This document shows positions 52,802 through 62,453 of a DNA stretch of 64,000 nucleotides, piece by piece (the first letter of the stretch is position 1; each line of letters starts with the position of its first letter). The position numbers were made by a program, and so were the translations under genes. Under the pieces are notes generated by a model that did not search any database, had not been told where the DNA came from, and worked only from the letters and a program-made list of their open reading frames with translations. The stretch comes from an uncultured Chloroflexia bacterium (GTDB lineage: Bacteria > Chloroflexota > Limnocylindria > Limnocylindrales > CSP1-4): NCBI GenBank assembly GCA_963734535.1, contig CAVTHS010000006.1, positions 64,001 to 128,000 of the forward strand, written 5' to 3'.

Positions 52802-53553
52802 TCCTCCAGCCGGCGAACCTCGACGCGATGGAGGTCGAGGCGCTCCAGACGGACCGCTACCTCGACGCGCTCCTGGCCGCCGTCGAGCGGCGAGCCCTCG
52901 ACGCGCCGGCCGACGCCGCCGTCGACCCGACCCTGCGCCGGGCGGCGCGGCGCCTGCGCGACGAGCTGGTCCGCACCCACCCGTCGTTTCGCTTCGAGGA
53001 GCGGCTCGCGCGCCGGCTCGCGGACGCTGCGGTGCGGATGCGCCTGGCGACCGCCGCCGGCGGGGAGGCCGAGGCGGCACTGATCCCGTTCCCGACCCCG
53101 CTGCTGGCCGACCCGACGCTCGCCGCCGAGCTGGCGAACCCCGAGCTGGCTGCGCTCCTGGGTTTGGGTGACGCTGCTGCCGAGTCGAGCACGGAGGCCC
53201 CGGTGGACTCCCGGGTCGCAGTGCCCGGTCGCCCGTCCGCCACTGCGCCGGCGGAGGGGCCTGCCGGGCTCGCCGCGCCGCTCCGCCCCGTCGTGACGCG
53301 GCCGCTGCTCGTCGGCGGTGCGCTGACCTCCGCCGCGCTCTCCCTTGCCGGCGCCGCCTTCGTGGCGTGGCGGCTGACGCGCGGCGCGCCGGCGGACCCG
53401 ATGGCACGCGCAGTGCGCGCGACGCGCGCAGCCCGCGAGGCCGCGGCGGTGACAACGAGCCGCTTGACGGCGGTCGCCACCTCGGCCACGACGCGCCCCG
53501 TGACGGCCCGGCGCGCCGGGAACGCCGGCCCCCGGCGCCGGGGGCCTGGCTGA
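52798..53553 (+). CDS. Hypothetical single-TM protein, probable anti-sigma factor
   Basis: Translationally coupled to the sigma; PSFRFEERL segment; TM helix LLVGGALTSAALSLAGAAFVAW. Confidence 0.5.
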   Translation: MILQPANLDAMEVEALQTDRYLDALLAAVERRALDAPADAAVDPTLRRAARRLRDELVRTHPSFRFEERLARRLADAAVRMRLATAAGGEAEAALIPFPTPLLADPTLAAELANPELAALLGLGDAAAESSTEAPVDSRVAVPGRPSATAPAEGPAGLAAPLRPVVTRPLLVGGALTSAALSLAGAAFVAWRLTRGAPADPMARAVRATRAAREAAAVTTSRLTAVATSATTRPVTARRAGNAGPRRRGPG

Positions 53554-54419
53554 TGCCGCTCACGCTTCCGTTCCGCCCGCGCCGCGAGACCTACCCGCCG
53601 GACATGTGGACCAAGTGCCCCAGCTGCTCGGAGATGCTCTTCAACAAGCACCTCGAGAAGAACCTGCGCGTCTGCGGCACGTGTGGCCATCATTTCCGGA
53701 TCTCCGCGAAGGCGCGCCTCGACCAGCTGCTGGACCCGGGGACGTTCCGCGAGCGCGACGAGGGGCTCGCCTCGCGCGATCCGCTCGGCTTCGTCGATTC
53801 GAAGCCCTACGCGGACCGCCTCGTCGCGGCCCAGCTGGCGACCGGGCGCCGCGACGCCGCGAGCTGGGGATTCGGCGCGATCGGCGGCAGGCGTGTCGCG
53901 ATCTGCGCGCTCGACTTCGGCTTCATGGGCGGCTCGATGGGCTCGGTCGTCGGCGAGAAGGTGACGCGCGCGGCGGAGGGCGCGTTCGTCGAGCGGGTGG
54001 CGCTCATCGTGGTCAGCGCCTCCGGCGGCGCCCGGATGCAGGAAGGGACGCTGGCCCTCATGCAGCTGGTCAAGACGATCGGCGCGCTGGAGCGGCTCCG
54101 CGCCGCCGGGCTGCCCTACATCTCCGTGCTCGCCGACCCCACCACCGGCGGCGTCTTCGCCTCGTTCGCCGCGCTCGGCGATGTCAACGTGGCCGAGCCG
54201 AAGGCCCTCATCGGCTTCGCCGGCGCCCGGGTCTCGGCCGGCACGATCGCGGAGGAGCTGCCGCCCGGCTTCCAGCGTTCCGAGTTCCTGTTCAGCCACG
54301 GGTTCGTGGACCGGATCGTCACCCGCGCGGACCTCCGCGACGAGCTCGCCCTGCTCCTGGCCCTGCTCGGACCCGCCGGCGCGACCGACGCCACGTCCGG
54401 GGGTGTGCGGCGTGGTTGA
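53553..54419 (+). CDS. accD: Acetyl-CoA carboxylase carboxyltransferase beta
   Basis: WTKCPSC...CGTC zinc ribbon; FMGGSMG, SGGARMQEG and PTTGGV motifs. Confidence 0.96.
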   Translation: MPLTLPFRPRRETYPPDMWTKCPSCSEMLFNKHLEKNLRVCGTCGHHFRISAKARLDQLLDPGTFRERDEGLASRDPLGFVDSKPYADRLVAAQLATGRRDAASWGFGAIGGRRVAICALDFGFMGGSMGSVVGEKVTRAAEGAFVERVALIVVSASGGARMQEGTLALMQLVKTIGALERLRAAGLPYISVLADPTTGGVFASFAALGDVNVAEPKALIGFAGARVSAGTIAEELPPGFQRSEFLFSHGFVDRIVTRADLRDELALLLALLGPAGATDATSGGVRRG

Positions 54420-55524
54420 CCGGCTGCTCGGGCGCCCGCGAGACCGCGAGACGGTGCCCGCTTCCCCGCCGCCCGGGATCGATCCCCGCGACGCCGTGTG
54501 GGCCCGTGTCCAGCTGGCCCGGAACCCGCGCCGGCCGCACACCCTGGAGCTGGTCGGCCACATCACCGATGCCTTCGTGGAGCTCCACGGCGACCGGCTC
54601 TACGGCGACGACGGGGCGATGGTGGGGGGCCCGGCCCGGATCGACGGCCGCCGGGTCATGATCGTCGGTCACCAGAAGGGCGCCGACACCGATGAGAACA
54701 TCCGGCGCAACTTCGGGATGAGCAAGCCCGAGGGCTTCCGCAAGGCGATCCGCCTGTTCGAGCTGGCGGAGCGGCTGGGCCTGCCCGTCGTCACGTTCGT
54801 CGACACCCCGGGCGCCTACCCGGGAGCCGAGGCGGAGGAGCGCGGGGTCGCCGATGCGATCGCCCGCTCGATCGGCGCGATGACGCGGCTCCGAGTCCCG
54901 ATCGTCACCCTCATCACGGGCGAGGGCGGGTCGGGCGGCGCGCTCGCGATCGCCGCCGGGGACGTGGTGGTGGCCCTCGAGAACGCCGTCTACGCGGTGA
55001 TCAGCCCGGAAGGGTGTGCCTCGATCCTCTGGCGAACGGCCGAGAAGGCGCCGGACGCCGCCCTCGCCATGCGGATGTCGGCCCAGGACCAGGCGGAGCT
55101 GGGCGTCGTCGACCGCGTCGTGCCCGAGCCCGGCGAGGGTGCGCACGTCGACGCGGCCGAGACCGGGAGGCGGCTGCGCGCGGTCATCCTCGAGGAGCTC
55201 GACAAGCTGGCGGTGCTCACGCCCGACGAGCTCGTCGCGAAGCGTGGCGGTCGCTATCGCGCATTCGGCGCGTTCGACGACCTCGGCATCAGCGAGCCGG
55301 GCGGCGGCGGGGCAGAGCGCCCGGGCCTCGCCGACCGCCTGCGCAGGGCGCTGGAGCCGGTGGGCAAGTCGGTGGGCGATGCCCTGGGCGGCCGGACCGG
55401 CCGCGAGGCCCGGGACGCGCGGAACACCCTCGACGGGCGTGAGCCTCGCGAGAGCCGCGACGCACGCGAGACCCGCGAGGGTCGCGATGGGCGTGACGAG
55501 CCGCCCGCGCGCGAGGAGGTGTGA
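54412..55524 (+). CDS. accA: Acetyl-CoA carboxylase carboxyltransferase alpha
   Basis: ELHGDR, NFGM..PEGFRKA, DTPGAYPG, GEGGSGGA and ISPEG motifs; charged C-terminal extension. Confidence 0.96.
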   Translation: MVDRLLGRPRDRETVPASPPPGIDPRDAVWARVQLARNPRRPHTLELVGHITDAFVELHGDRLYGDDGAMVGGPARIDGRRVMIVGHQKGADTDENIRRNFGMSKPEGFRKAIRLFELAERLGLPVVTFVDTPGAYPGAEAEERGVADAIARSIGAMTRLRVPIVTLITGEGGSGGALAIAAGDVVVALENAVYAVISPEGCASILWRTAEKAPDAALAMRMSAQDQAELGVVDRVVPEPGEGAHVDAAETGRRLRAVILEELDKLAVLTPDELVAKRGGRYRAFGAFDDLGISEPGGGGAERPGLADRLRRALEPVGKSVGDALGGRTGREARDARNTLDGREPRESRDARETREGRDGRDEPPAREEV

Positions 55525-56311
55525 GCGTGCCCAACGACCGCCGCAGCCCGGCCCCGCGCCGCGTGCAGGACCGGCTGGACGATCACGCCGCGATCGACCA
55601 GCTCTCGGACGAGCTGCTCCCCGCTCTCGTCGCCAAGCTTGGGGCGAGCGGCCTCGGGGAGATCGAGATCCGCGAGGGCACGTGGCGGGTCCGGCTCCGG
55701 ATGCCGGCCGACGGGCTCGCCGTGGCCGGCCGCCGTCCAGGTCCCGGTCGCGGGGGATCGCGTGCAGGCGACGGCTCGCACGTGGAACACGTCCGCGCCG
55801 ATGCCTCCGGGCCCGCCGGGACGGTGACCGTGGCGGGTTCGCAGGGACCCGCGACCGAGCCCGCGTCCGAGGTCGGTCCGTCGCGGGTCGTGGCCACGTC
55901 GCCGGCCGTGGGCTATTTCCGGCCCCGGAACGACCTCCGCGCCGGAACGAAGGTCCGGGCGGGCGACCGCATCGGGAGCGTTGACGTGCTCGGCATCGGC
56001 CAGGACCTCGTGGCGCCCGGCGACGGGCTGATCGGCGCGACGCTCGTGGCGCCCGGCGAGCCCGTCGAGTATGGCCAGGCGATCATCGTCCTCGAGCAGC
56101 TCGGGGAGCCGCGGTCACAGCCCGGGCACGCGGCGGACGCCGGCGGCGCGATCGACGCACCGGCACGGCGGACGCCGGCGGCGCGTTCGACGACACCGGC
56201 GCGGCCGCCCGGAGGGTCGCGCCCGACCCGCTCCCCGCCGATCCGGACGTCCCGCCGCCGGCCGCGCCAGACGGGGCCCCCGACGCGGCCCCGCCCAGCG
56301 GTGGTGCCTGA
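55521..56311 (+). CDS. BCCP-like protein lacking the biotinylated lysine (frameshift near 56160 in the low-complexity tail)
   Basis: LGEIEI N-domain, SPAVGYF, VRAGDRIG and VEYGQ motifs; EAMK replaced by DVLG; TGA overlaps the accC ATG. Confidence 0.75.
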
Positions 56312-57675
56312 TGTTCGACCGCGTCCTCATCGCCAACCGCGGCGAGATCGCCGTCCGGATCCTGCGCGCCTGCCGGACCATGGGCATCGGGGCGGTCGTC
56401 GCGTACAGCGAGGCCGATCGCGACTCGCTGGCCGCCCAGCTTGCCGACGAGGCCATCTGCATCGGTCCCGCCGACGCGAAGCGGAGCTACCTCTCGCCAT
56501 CGGCGATCATCTCGGCCGCGATCGTGACGGGTTGCGACGCGATCCATCCCGGCTACGGCTTCCTGTCCGAGGATGGCGGGTTCGCCGAGGCGGTCGCCGC
56601 GCATGGGCTCACCTTCATCGGCCCGTCCGCCGAGGTCCTCGAGCGGTTCGCCTCGAAGGAGGCCTCGCGCAGCCTCATGGCCCGCCACGGGCTCCCCACG
56701 ATCCCCGGATCGGAGGGGATGCTCCGCGACGACGAGCACGCCCTGTCCGAGGCGGCGCGCGTCGGGTACCCGGTCCTCATCAAGCCGTCCGCCGGCGGCG
56801 GCGGCAAGGGGATGCGCATGGTGCGCACGCCGCGCGAGCTGGAGGCGTCGCTCCGCGTGTGCCGCTCCGAGGCCCGCGCCGCGTTCGGCGACGACTCGCT
56901 GTACCTGGAGAAGTGGCTGGAGGACAACCGCCACGTCGAGGTCCAGGTGGTCGTGGACCGCTACGGCCGCGGCGTCCACCTGGGCGAGCGCGACTGCTCG
57001 GTCCAGCGGCGCCACCAGAAGATCGTGGAGGAGGCGCCAACCCCCGCCCTGCCGCCGGCATCTCGCGCCGAGCTCTGCGACCGGGCGATCGCCGCCGTCG
57101 TGGCGGCCGGCTACGAGAACATCGGGACGCTCGAGTTCCTGGTCGACCGGGACGAGCGCTTCTACTTCATCGAGATCAACTGCCGGATCCAGGTGGAGCA
57201 CCCCGTCACCGAGATGCTCACCGGGATCGACATGGTCGCGACGCAGATCCGGATCGCGGCCGGCGAGCCGCTCGGCTTCGGCCAGGAGGACGTGGAGATC
57301 CGCGGCCACGCCTTCGAGTTCCGGATCAACGCCGAGGACCCGGTCCACGACTTCCGCCCCCAGGCCGGGCTCGTGGAGCGCTTCTACGCGCCGGGCGGCC
57401 CGGGCGTTCGCCTCGACTCGCACCTCTACGCGGGCTACGAGGTTCCCCCGTTCTACGACTCGCTCCTCGGCAAGCTCGTCGTCTGGGGGCCCGACCGGCC
57501 GGCCGCGATCGCCCGCTCCAAGGCCGCCCTGGACGAGCTGGTCGTGGACGGCATCGTGACCAACCGCTCGTTCCACCGCGCGCTCCTGGAGAACGCCGCG
57601 TTCGTCGAGGGCCGGGTCACCACGAACCTCATCGACCGCGTCGGGACGGCGGCGTTCCTCGCCCCGCGGAGCTGA
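56311..57675 (+). CDS. accC: Biotin carboxylase
   Basis: IANRGEIA, HPGYGFLSE, GGGGKGM, ERDCSVQRRHQK and RIQVEHPVTE motifs. Confidence 0.97.
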   Translation: MFDRVLIANRGEIAVRILRACRTMGIGAVVAYSEADRDSLAAQLADEAICIGPADAKRSYLSPSAIISAAIVTGCDAIHPGYGFLSEDGGFAEAVAAHGLTFIGPSAEVLERFASKEASRSLMARHGLPTIPGSEGMLRDDEHALSEAARVGYPVLIKPSAGGGGKGMRMVRTPRELEASLRVCRSEARAAFGDDSLYLEKWLEDNRHVEVQVVVDRYGRGVHLGERDCSVQRRHQKIVEEAPTPALPPASRAELCDRAIAAVVAAGYENIGTLEFLVDRDERFYFIEINCRIQVEHPVTEMLTGIDMVATQIRIAAGEPLGFGQEDVEIRGHAFEFRINAEDPVHDFRPQAGLVERFYAPGGPGVRLDSHLYAGYEVPPFYDSLLGKLVVWGPDRPAAIARSKAALDELVVDGIVTNRSFHRALLENAAFVEGRVTTNLIDRVGTAAFLAPRS

Positions 57676-57759
57676 GGCGACCCGTGCATGCCTGCATCCA
57701 TCCACCCGCTCGGCGCGCGATCGCCGGGCGACACTGAGCCCGACGAAGCGGAGTCCCAC

Positions 57760-58215
57760 GTGACCGAAGCCATCCACACCACGCGCGAGATCGAGGCGCT
57801 GATCCCGCATCGCTGGCCGTTCCTGCTGGTCGACCGGATCGACGAGTACGACGCGGACGCCCACCAGATCGTCGGCCGCAAGGCCGTGACCGCCACCGAG
57901 TGGTTCTTCCAGGGCCACTTCCCGGGGATGCCGGTCATGCCCGGCGTGCTCCAGGTGGAGGCGCTCGCGCAGACGATGGCCGTCTACGTGGCGAAGCAGG
58001 AGGGCTTCGGGGACAAGATCGGGCTGTTCGCGGGCGTCGACGAGTGCCGCTTCAAGCGGGTCGTCAAGCCGGGCGACGTCCTGCGCCTCGAGGTCACGAT
58101 GGACAAGCTCGGCCGGCGCTTCGGGCGCGGACGCGCCGTCGCGAGCGTGGACGGCGAGGTCTGCTGCGAGGCCACCCTGAGCTTCGTCATCCCCGACGCG
58201 TCCGTGCTCCGCTGA
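57760..58215 (+). CDS. fabZ: 3-hydroxyacyl-ACP dehydratase
   Basis: IPHRWPFLLVDR and FQGHFPG.PVMPGVLQVEALAQ motifs. Confidence 0.95.
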   Translation: MTEAIHTTREIEALIPHRWPFLLVDRIDEYDADAHQIVGRKAVTATEWFFQGHFPGMPVMPGVLQVEALAQTMAVYVAKQEGFGDKIGLFAGVDECRFKRVVKPGDVLRLEVTMDKLGRRFGRGRAVASVDGEVCCEATLSFVIPDASVLR

Positions 58216-58961
58216 TGACGCGGCTCGCGCTCTTCTCGGACCTCCACGGCGTCGCGCAGGCGCTCGACGCGGTGCGTGCGGCAATCGCCGCCGCGGCGCC
58301 CGACGTCATCGCGGTCGCCGGCGACTACGCGGTCAACGGCGCGGACCCCGCGGCCGTCATCGACGGCATCCGCGAGCTCGAGTCGCGCGGTGCGCTCGTC
58401 GTGGCCGGTAACACGGACATCGCGGTGGCCGACTTCGACTACGGCGCCGCCTACCCGTGGCTCGGCGACGGAATCCCGGAGTCGACCCGCTCCGCCGTGG
58501 AATGGGCCCACGAGGCGATCGGCCCGCAGCGCGTCGACTGGCTGCGCCGCCTTCCCGCGGAGCGGCGCTTCCGCGCCGACGACGGGACGCTGGTCCTCGT
58601 GACGCACGCGTCGCCGGGCAGCCAGACCGCGGGCTTCGACCGCGGCCTCGACGAGAGCGTCTTCATGGAGCGCCTTGGCCGGACCGACGCGCGGGTGATC
58701 TGCTGCGGCCACACCCACGTCCCGGAGGTCCGCGACTTCGGCTGGAAGGTGGTCGTCAACGGGGGGAGCGCGGGTTACGTCTTCGACGGCGACCCGACCG
58801 CCTCCTGGGCGCTCGTCGACATCGTGGACGGCGAGATCACGGCCGAGATCAAGCGCGTCCCGTTCGACGTGCTCGCGGCGGCCGACGCGGTCGCCGCGCG
58901 CGGCCTCCCCGGGGACGTCTACCGCGCGGCCACGATCCGGAACGGGAAGCTGGTGCGGTGA
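58215..58961 (+). CDS. Calcineurin-like metallophosphoesterase (YfcE/MJ0936-like)
   Basis: SDLHG, GD, GNTD, HASP and GHTH motifs. Confidence 0.88.
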   Translation: MTRLALFSDLHGVAQALDAVRAAIAAAAPDVIAVAGDYAVNGADPAAVIDGIRELESRGALVVAGNTDIAVADFDYGAAYPWLGDGIPESTRSAVEWAHEAIGPQRVDWLRRLPAERRFRADDGTLVLVTHASPGSQTAGFDRGLDESVFMERLGRTDARVICCGHTHVPEVRDFGWKVVVNGGSAGYVFDGDPTASWALVDIVDGEITAEIKRVPFDVLAAADAVAARGLPGDVYRAATIRNGKLVR

Positions 58962-60251
58962 GCGTCGCGAGGCCGGGCGGGCAGCTCACCACGGCGGACG
59001 GCGCGCCACGGGTCGTCGTGACCGGCACCGGCATGCTGACCGCGCTCGGGGCGGACGTCGCGAGCACCTGGGCCGGCCTCGTCGCCGGCCGGTCCGGGAT
59101 CGCCACGATCACGGCGTTCGACCCGGCCCGGGTCTCGTCGCGGATCGCCGGCGAGGTGCCCGGCTTCGACCCGTCCGGGGTGCTCGACCGCAAGGAGCAG
59201 CGCCGAAACGACCGCTACACGCAGCTCGCGCTCGTGGCGGCACGCGAGGCGCTCGACGAGGCCGGCCTTCCCGGCCGCCTGGAGGGCGACGCTTGCGGAG
59301 CGGACCGGGATCCTGATCGGCACCGGCCTTGGTGGCGGGATCACGTTCGGCGAGCAGGTCGCGGTCAGCATCGAGAAGGGCGCGGACCGGGTCAGCCCGT
59401 TCTTCGTCCCGATGGCGATCCCGAACCTGGCAGCGGGCCAGGCGGCCATCTTCTTCGGTGCGCTGGGGCCCAACTACGCGATCGCGTCGGCCTGCGCGAG
59501 CGGCGGCCACGCGGTCGGCGAGGCCTGGGAGATCATCCGGCGCGGCGACGCGGACATGATGCTGGCAGGGTCCGCGGAGGCGGTGATCTCGGAGCCGCTC
59601 GTGGCGGGCTTCGCGGCGATGCGCGCGCTCTCCACGCGCAACGACGACCCGGCCGCGGCCTCGCGCCCGTTCGATCGCGGCCGTGACGGCTTCGTGATCG
59701 GGGAGGGGGCCGGGGTGCTGGTCCTCGAGACGCTCGCCCACGCGCGCGGCCGCGGGGCGCAGCCGCTCGGCGAGGTGGTCGGCTATGGCGCCACGGCGGA
59801 CGCGAGCCACGTCACGCTCCCCGCGCCGGGCGGCGTCGGCGCCATTCGCGCGGTCCGGCGGGCACTGGAGAAGGCGCGCCTCACGGTCGACGATGTCGAG
59901 CACGTCAACGCGCACGCGACCTCGACGCCCGAGGGCGACCGGACCGAGCTGGAGATGCTCCGCGGCCTGTTCGGCCCCAGGGCCGGCGAGGTCAACGTGA
60001 CCGCGATCAAGTCGATGATCGGCCACACGCTCGGGGCGGCCGGCTCGATCGAGGCGATCGTCACGCTCCGCACGCTGCGCGAGGGCGTGGTTCCGCCCAC
60101 GATCAACCTCCACGATCCCGACGAGGCGGCCGCGGGCCTCGACCTGACGCCGAACGTCGCCCGCGAACGGCGGATGAAGATCGCGGTCAGCAACTCGTTC
60201 GGCTTCGGCGGGCAGAACAGCGCGCTCGTGCTGCGGCGGTGGGACGAATGA
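58958..60251 (+). CDS. fabF: 3-oxoacyl-ACP synthase II (frameshift near 59292)
   Basis: RVVVTG, SACASG, SRPFD..RDGFV.GEG, NAHATST, KSMIGH and SNSFGFGG motifs. Confidence 0.93.
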
Positions 60252-60948
60252 CGGATCCACCGGCCGAGGGCACCGGCGGCGTGCCCGGCCCGGCGATCGA
60301 ACCCGCGACCCCGACGGTCGACGCATCCGTCCTCGGCGCCGATTCCGCGGCCGGCGCCATGCCGGGGGGCGCCGTCGTTCCCGCCGCCGGCGAATCGCTC
60401 TCCGGCGACGCCGTCGGCGACGCGTCCCTCCTCGCGCTCCTTGACCGACTCGCCGGGCTGCTCGAGCGGAGCGACCTCACCGAGCTCGAGGTCGAGGCGG
60501 GTGGCACGGGCCTGACCCTTCGCAAGTCCGCCGCCCTCGCGCCGTTGGCGACGGTCGCCACGGCCGGGCAGCCGGCCGGTTCGGGGCAGCGATCGGACGC
60601 TGCCGCCGGGACGGCCCGGGCCGCCGTCGGTTCATCGGGCAGCTCCAATGCCGCGTCCGGTTCGTCGGAACCCGGCGTCGCCTCGTGCCGCCCGCTGCAG
60701 CCACATCCGTGCTCGCCGTCCGCGCGCCGCTCACCGGGATCTTCTACGCGTCGCCCGGGCCGGGGTCGCCGCCGTTCGTCGCGGTCGGTCGCGAGGTCGT
60801 GGTCGGCCAGGTGATCGGGCTCATCGAGGCGATGAAGCTCTTCAACGAGATCAAGTCGGACCAGGCCGGCCAGGTGGTGCGGGTCATCGCGGAGGATGGT
60901 GCGCTGGTGAAGGCGAAGCAGCCGCTCATCGAGGTCGTGCCGCTGTGA
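60248..60948 (+). CDS. accB: Biotin carboxyl carrier protein (frameshift near 60690)
   Basis: SDLTELEVE N-domain; APLTGIFY.SP and IEAMKLFNEI (intact biotinyl Lys). Confidence 0.88.
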
Positions 60949-62453
60949 ACGCCGGTGTCGCCGGCGGGCCTGCGTCCGCTGCTCTCCCGGGAGCCACCGG
61001 CCCAGCGTCTGCAGCCGGCATGCCCCGCCATGCCCGGATCACCGGCTGGGGCTCCTACGCGCCGACGGCCGTGCTCACGAACGCCGACCTCGAGCGGATC
61101 GTCGAGACCTCCGACGAGTGGATCGTCAGCCGGACCGGCATCCGCGAGCGGCGCGTCGCGGCCGCGCACGAGACCACCGCCAGCATGGCCGCCGTCGCCG
61201 GCGCCCGCGCGATCGCCGTCGCGGGCCTCGACCCCGACGAGATCGACCTGATCCTCGTCGCCACGTTGACGCCGGACTACTGGATGCCATCCACCGCCGC
61301 GCTCGTCAAGGAGGCGATCGGGAACTCCAGGGCGGCCGCGATGGACGTGTCCGCGGCCTGCTCCGGCTTCGTCTACGCGTACGCCACGGCGAGCGCATAC
61401 GTGACGTCGGGGATGGCGCGCCACGTGCTGGTCATCGGCGCGGAGCTTCTCACCCGCTTCCTCGACTACACCGACCGCAGCACCTGCATCCTCTTCGGCG
61501 ACGGCGCGGGCGCGGTGGTGGTCTCGGCCTCCGAGGAAGCGGCCGTCCCGCACGGGATCGAGATGACGACCGACCCGTCCGGCGCCTACATGATCTGGCT
61601 CCCGGCCGGCGGCTCGAAGAGCCCGCCCTCGGCGGCGACGATCGGCCGCGGTGAGCACTTCATCCGGATGGAGGGGAAGGAGACCTACCGCTTCGCGACG
61701 AAGACGCTCGCCTCGACTGCGCTCGCCGCGATCGCGAAGGCGGGGCTGCGCCCGGACCAGATCGACCTGTTCATCCCGCACCAGGCGAACATCCGGATCA
61801 TCGAGGCCGTGGCCAAGGGCCTCGGGCTCCCGATGGAGAAGATGTTCGTCAACCTCGACCGCTACGGGAACACCTCTGCGGCGTCCGTCCCGCTCGCACT
61901 CGCCGAGGCGGTCGACGCGGGGCGGATCCGGAAGGGCGACAACGTCGTGATCGTCGCGTTCGGTGCCGGCTTCACGTCAGGCGCGGTTGCGTTCGAATGG
62001 ACCGCCGACCCCGCGGCCGGCGCACGCGCCGCATCCGTCCGGCCCGAATCGATCCACGTGCGGCTTCCCGTCGACTGGGATTCGGTGGATCCCATCCCGG
62101 CCCAGCTCGCTGCCGTCCTCGCCGCACCCGGCCCGGTGGCCGTCCCGCTCGACGACGTCGTCCCGGGCGATCCGCCGGCGCGGCCGGCCGCCACCCGGGC
62201 GTCCACGGTCGTGCCCGCCACCGCGCCCTCGGCCCCGACTGCGTCCGAGCCCTCGGCCCCGACGCCGTCCGCGCCCTCGGCCCCTGAGCCGCCCGCGCCC
62301 TCGGCCCCTGAGCCGCCCGCGCCCTCGGCCCCTGAGCCGCCCGCGCCCTCGGCCCCTGAGCCGCCCGCGCCAGCACCCGTTCCCGCCACGGCGCCCGAGC
62401 CAGCACCCGTTCCCGCCACGGCGCCTGCGTCCGCCTCGGAGGTTCCCTCATGA
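60945..62453 (+). CDS. fabH: 3-oxoacyl-ACP synthase III with Pro-rich C-terminal extension
   Basis: AACSGF, LFGDGAGA, PHQAN, YGNTSAAS and FGAG motifs; PSAPEPPA repeats in the tail. Confidence 0.94.
   Translation: MNAGVAGGPASAALPGATGPASAAGMPRHARITGWGSYAPTAVLTNADLERIVETSDEWIVSRTGIRERRVAAAHETTASMAAVAGARAIAVAGLDPDEIDLILVATLTPDYWMPSTAALVKEAIGNSRAAAMDVSAACSGFVYAYATASAYVTSGMARHVLVIGAELLTRFLDYTDRSTCILFGDGAGAVVVSASEEAAVPHGIEMTTDPSGAYMIWLPAGGSKSPPSAATIGRGEHFIRMEGKETYRFATKTLASTALAAIAKAGLRPDQIDLFIPHQANIRIIEAVAKGLGLPMEKMFVNLDRYGNTSAASVPLALAEAVDAGRIRKGDNVVIVAFGAGFTSGAVAFEWTADPAAGARAASVRPESIHVRLPVDWDSVDPIPAQLAAVLAAPGPVAVPLDDVVPGDPPARPAATRASTVVPATAPSAPTASEPSAPTPSAPSAPEPPAPSAPEPPAPSAPEPPAPSAPEPPAPAPVPATAPEPAPVPATAPASASEVPS
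62225..62425. repeat. 24-bp coding tandem repeats in the fabH tail
   Basis: GCCCTCGGCCCCTGAGCCGCCCGC x4 plus variants; CCAGCACCCGTTCCCGCCACGGCG x2. Confidence 0.85.

Noticed and set aside
58958-60948. Programmed frameshifting or pseudogenisation of fabF and accB
   Set aside because: No slippery heptamers seen, the genes are core metabolism, and similar indels are scattered through the contig, so sequencing error is more parsimonious
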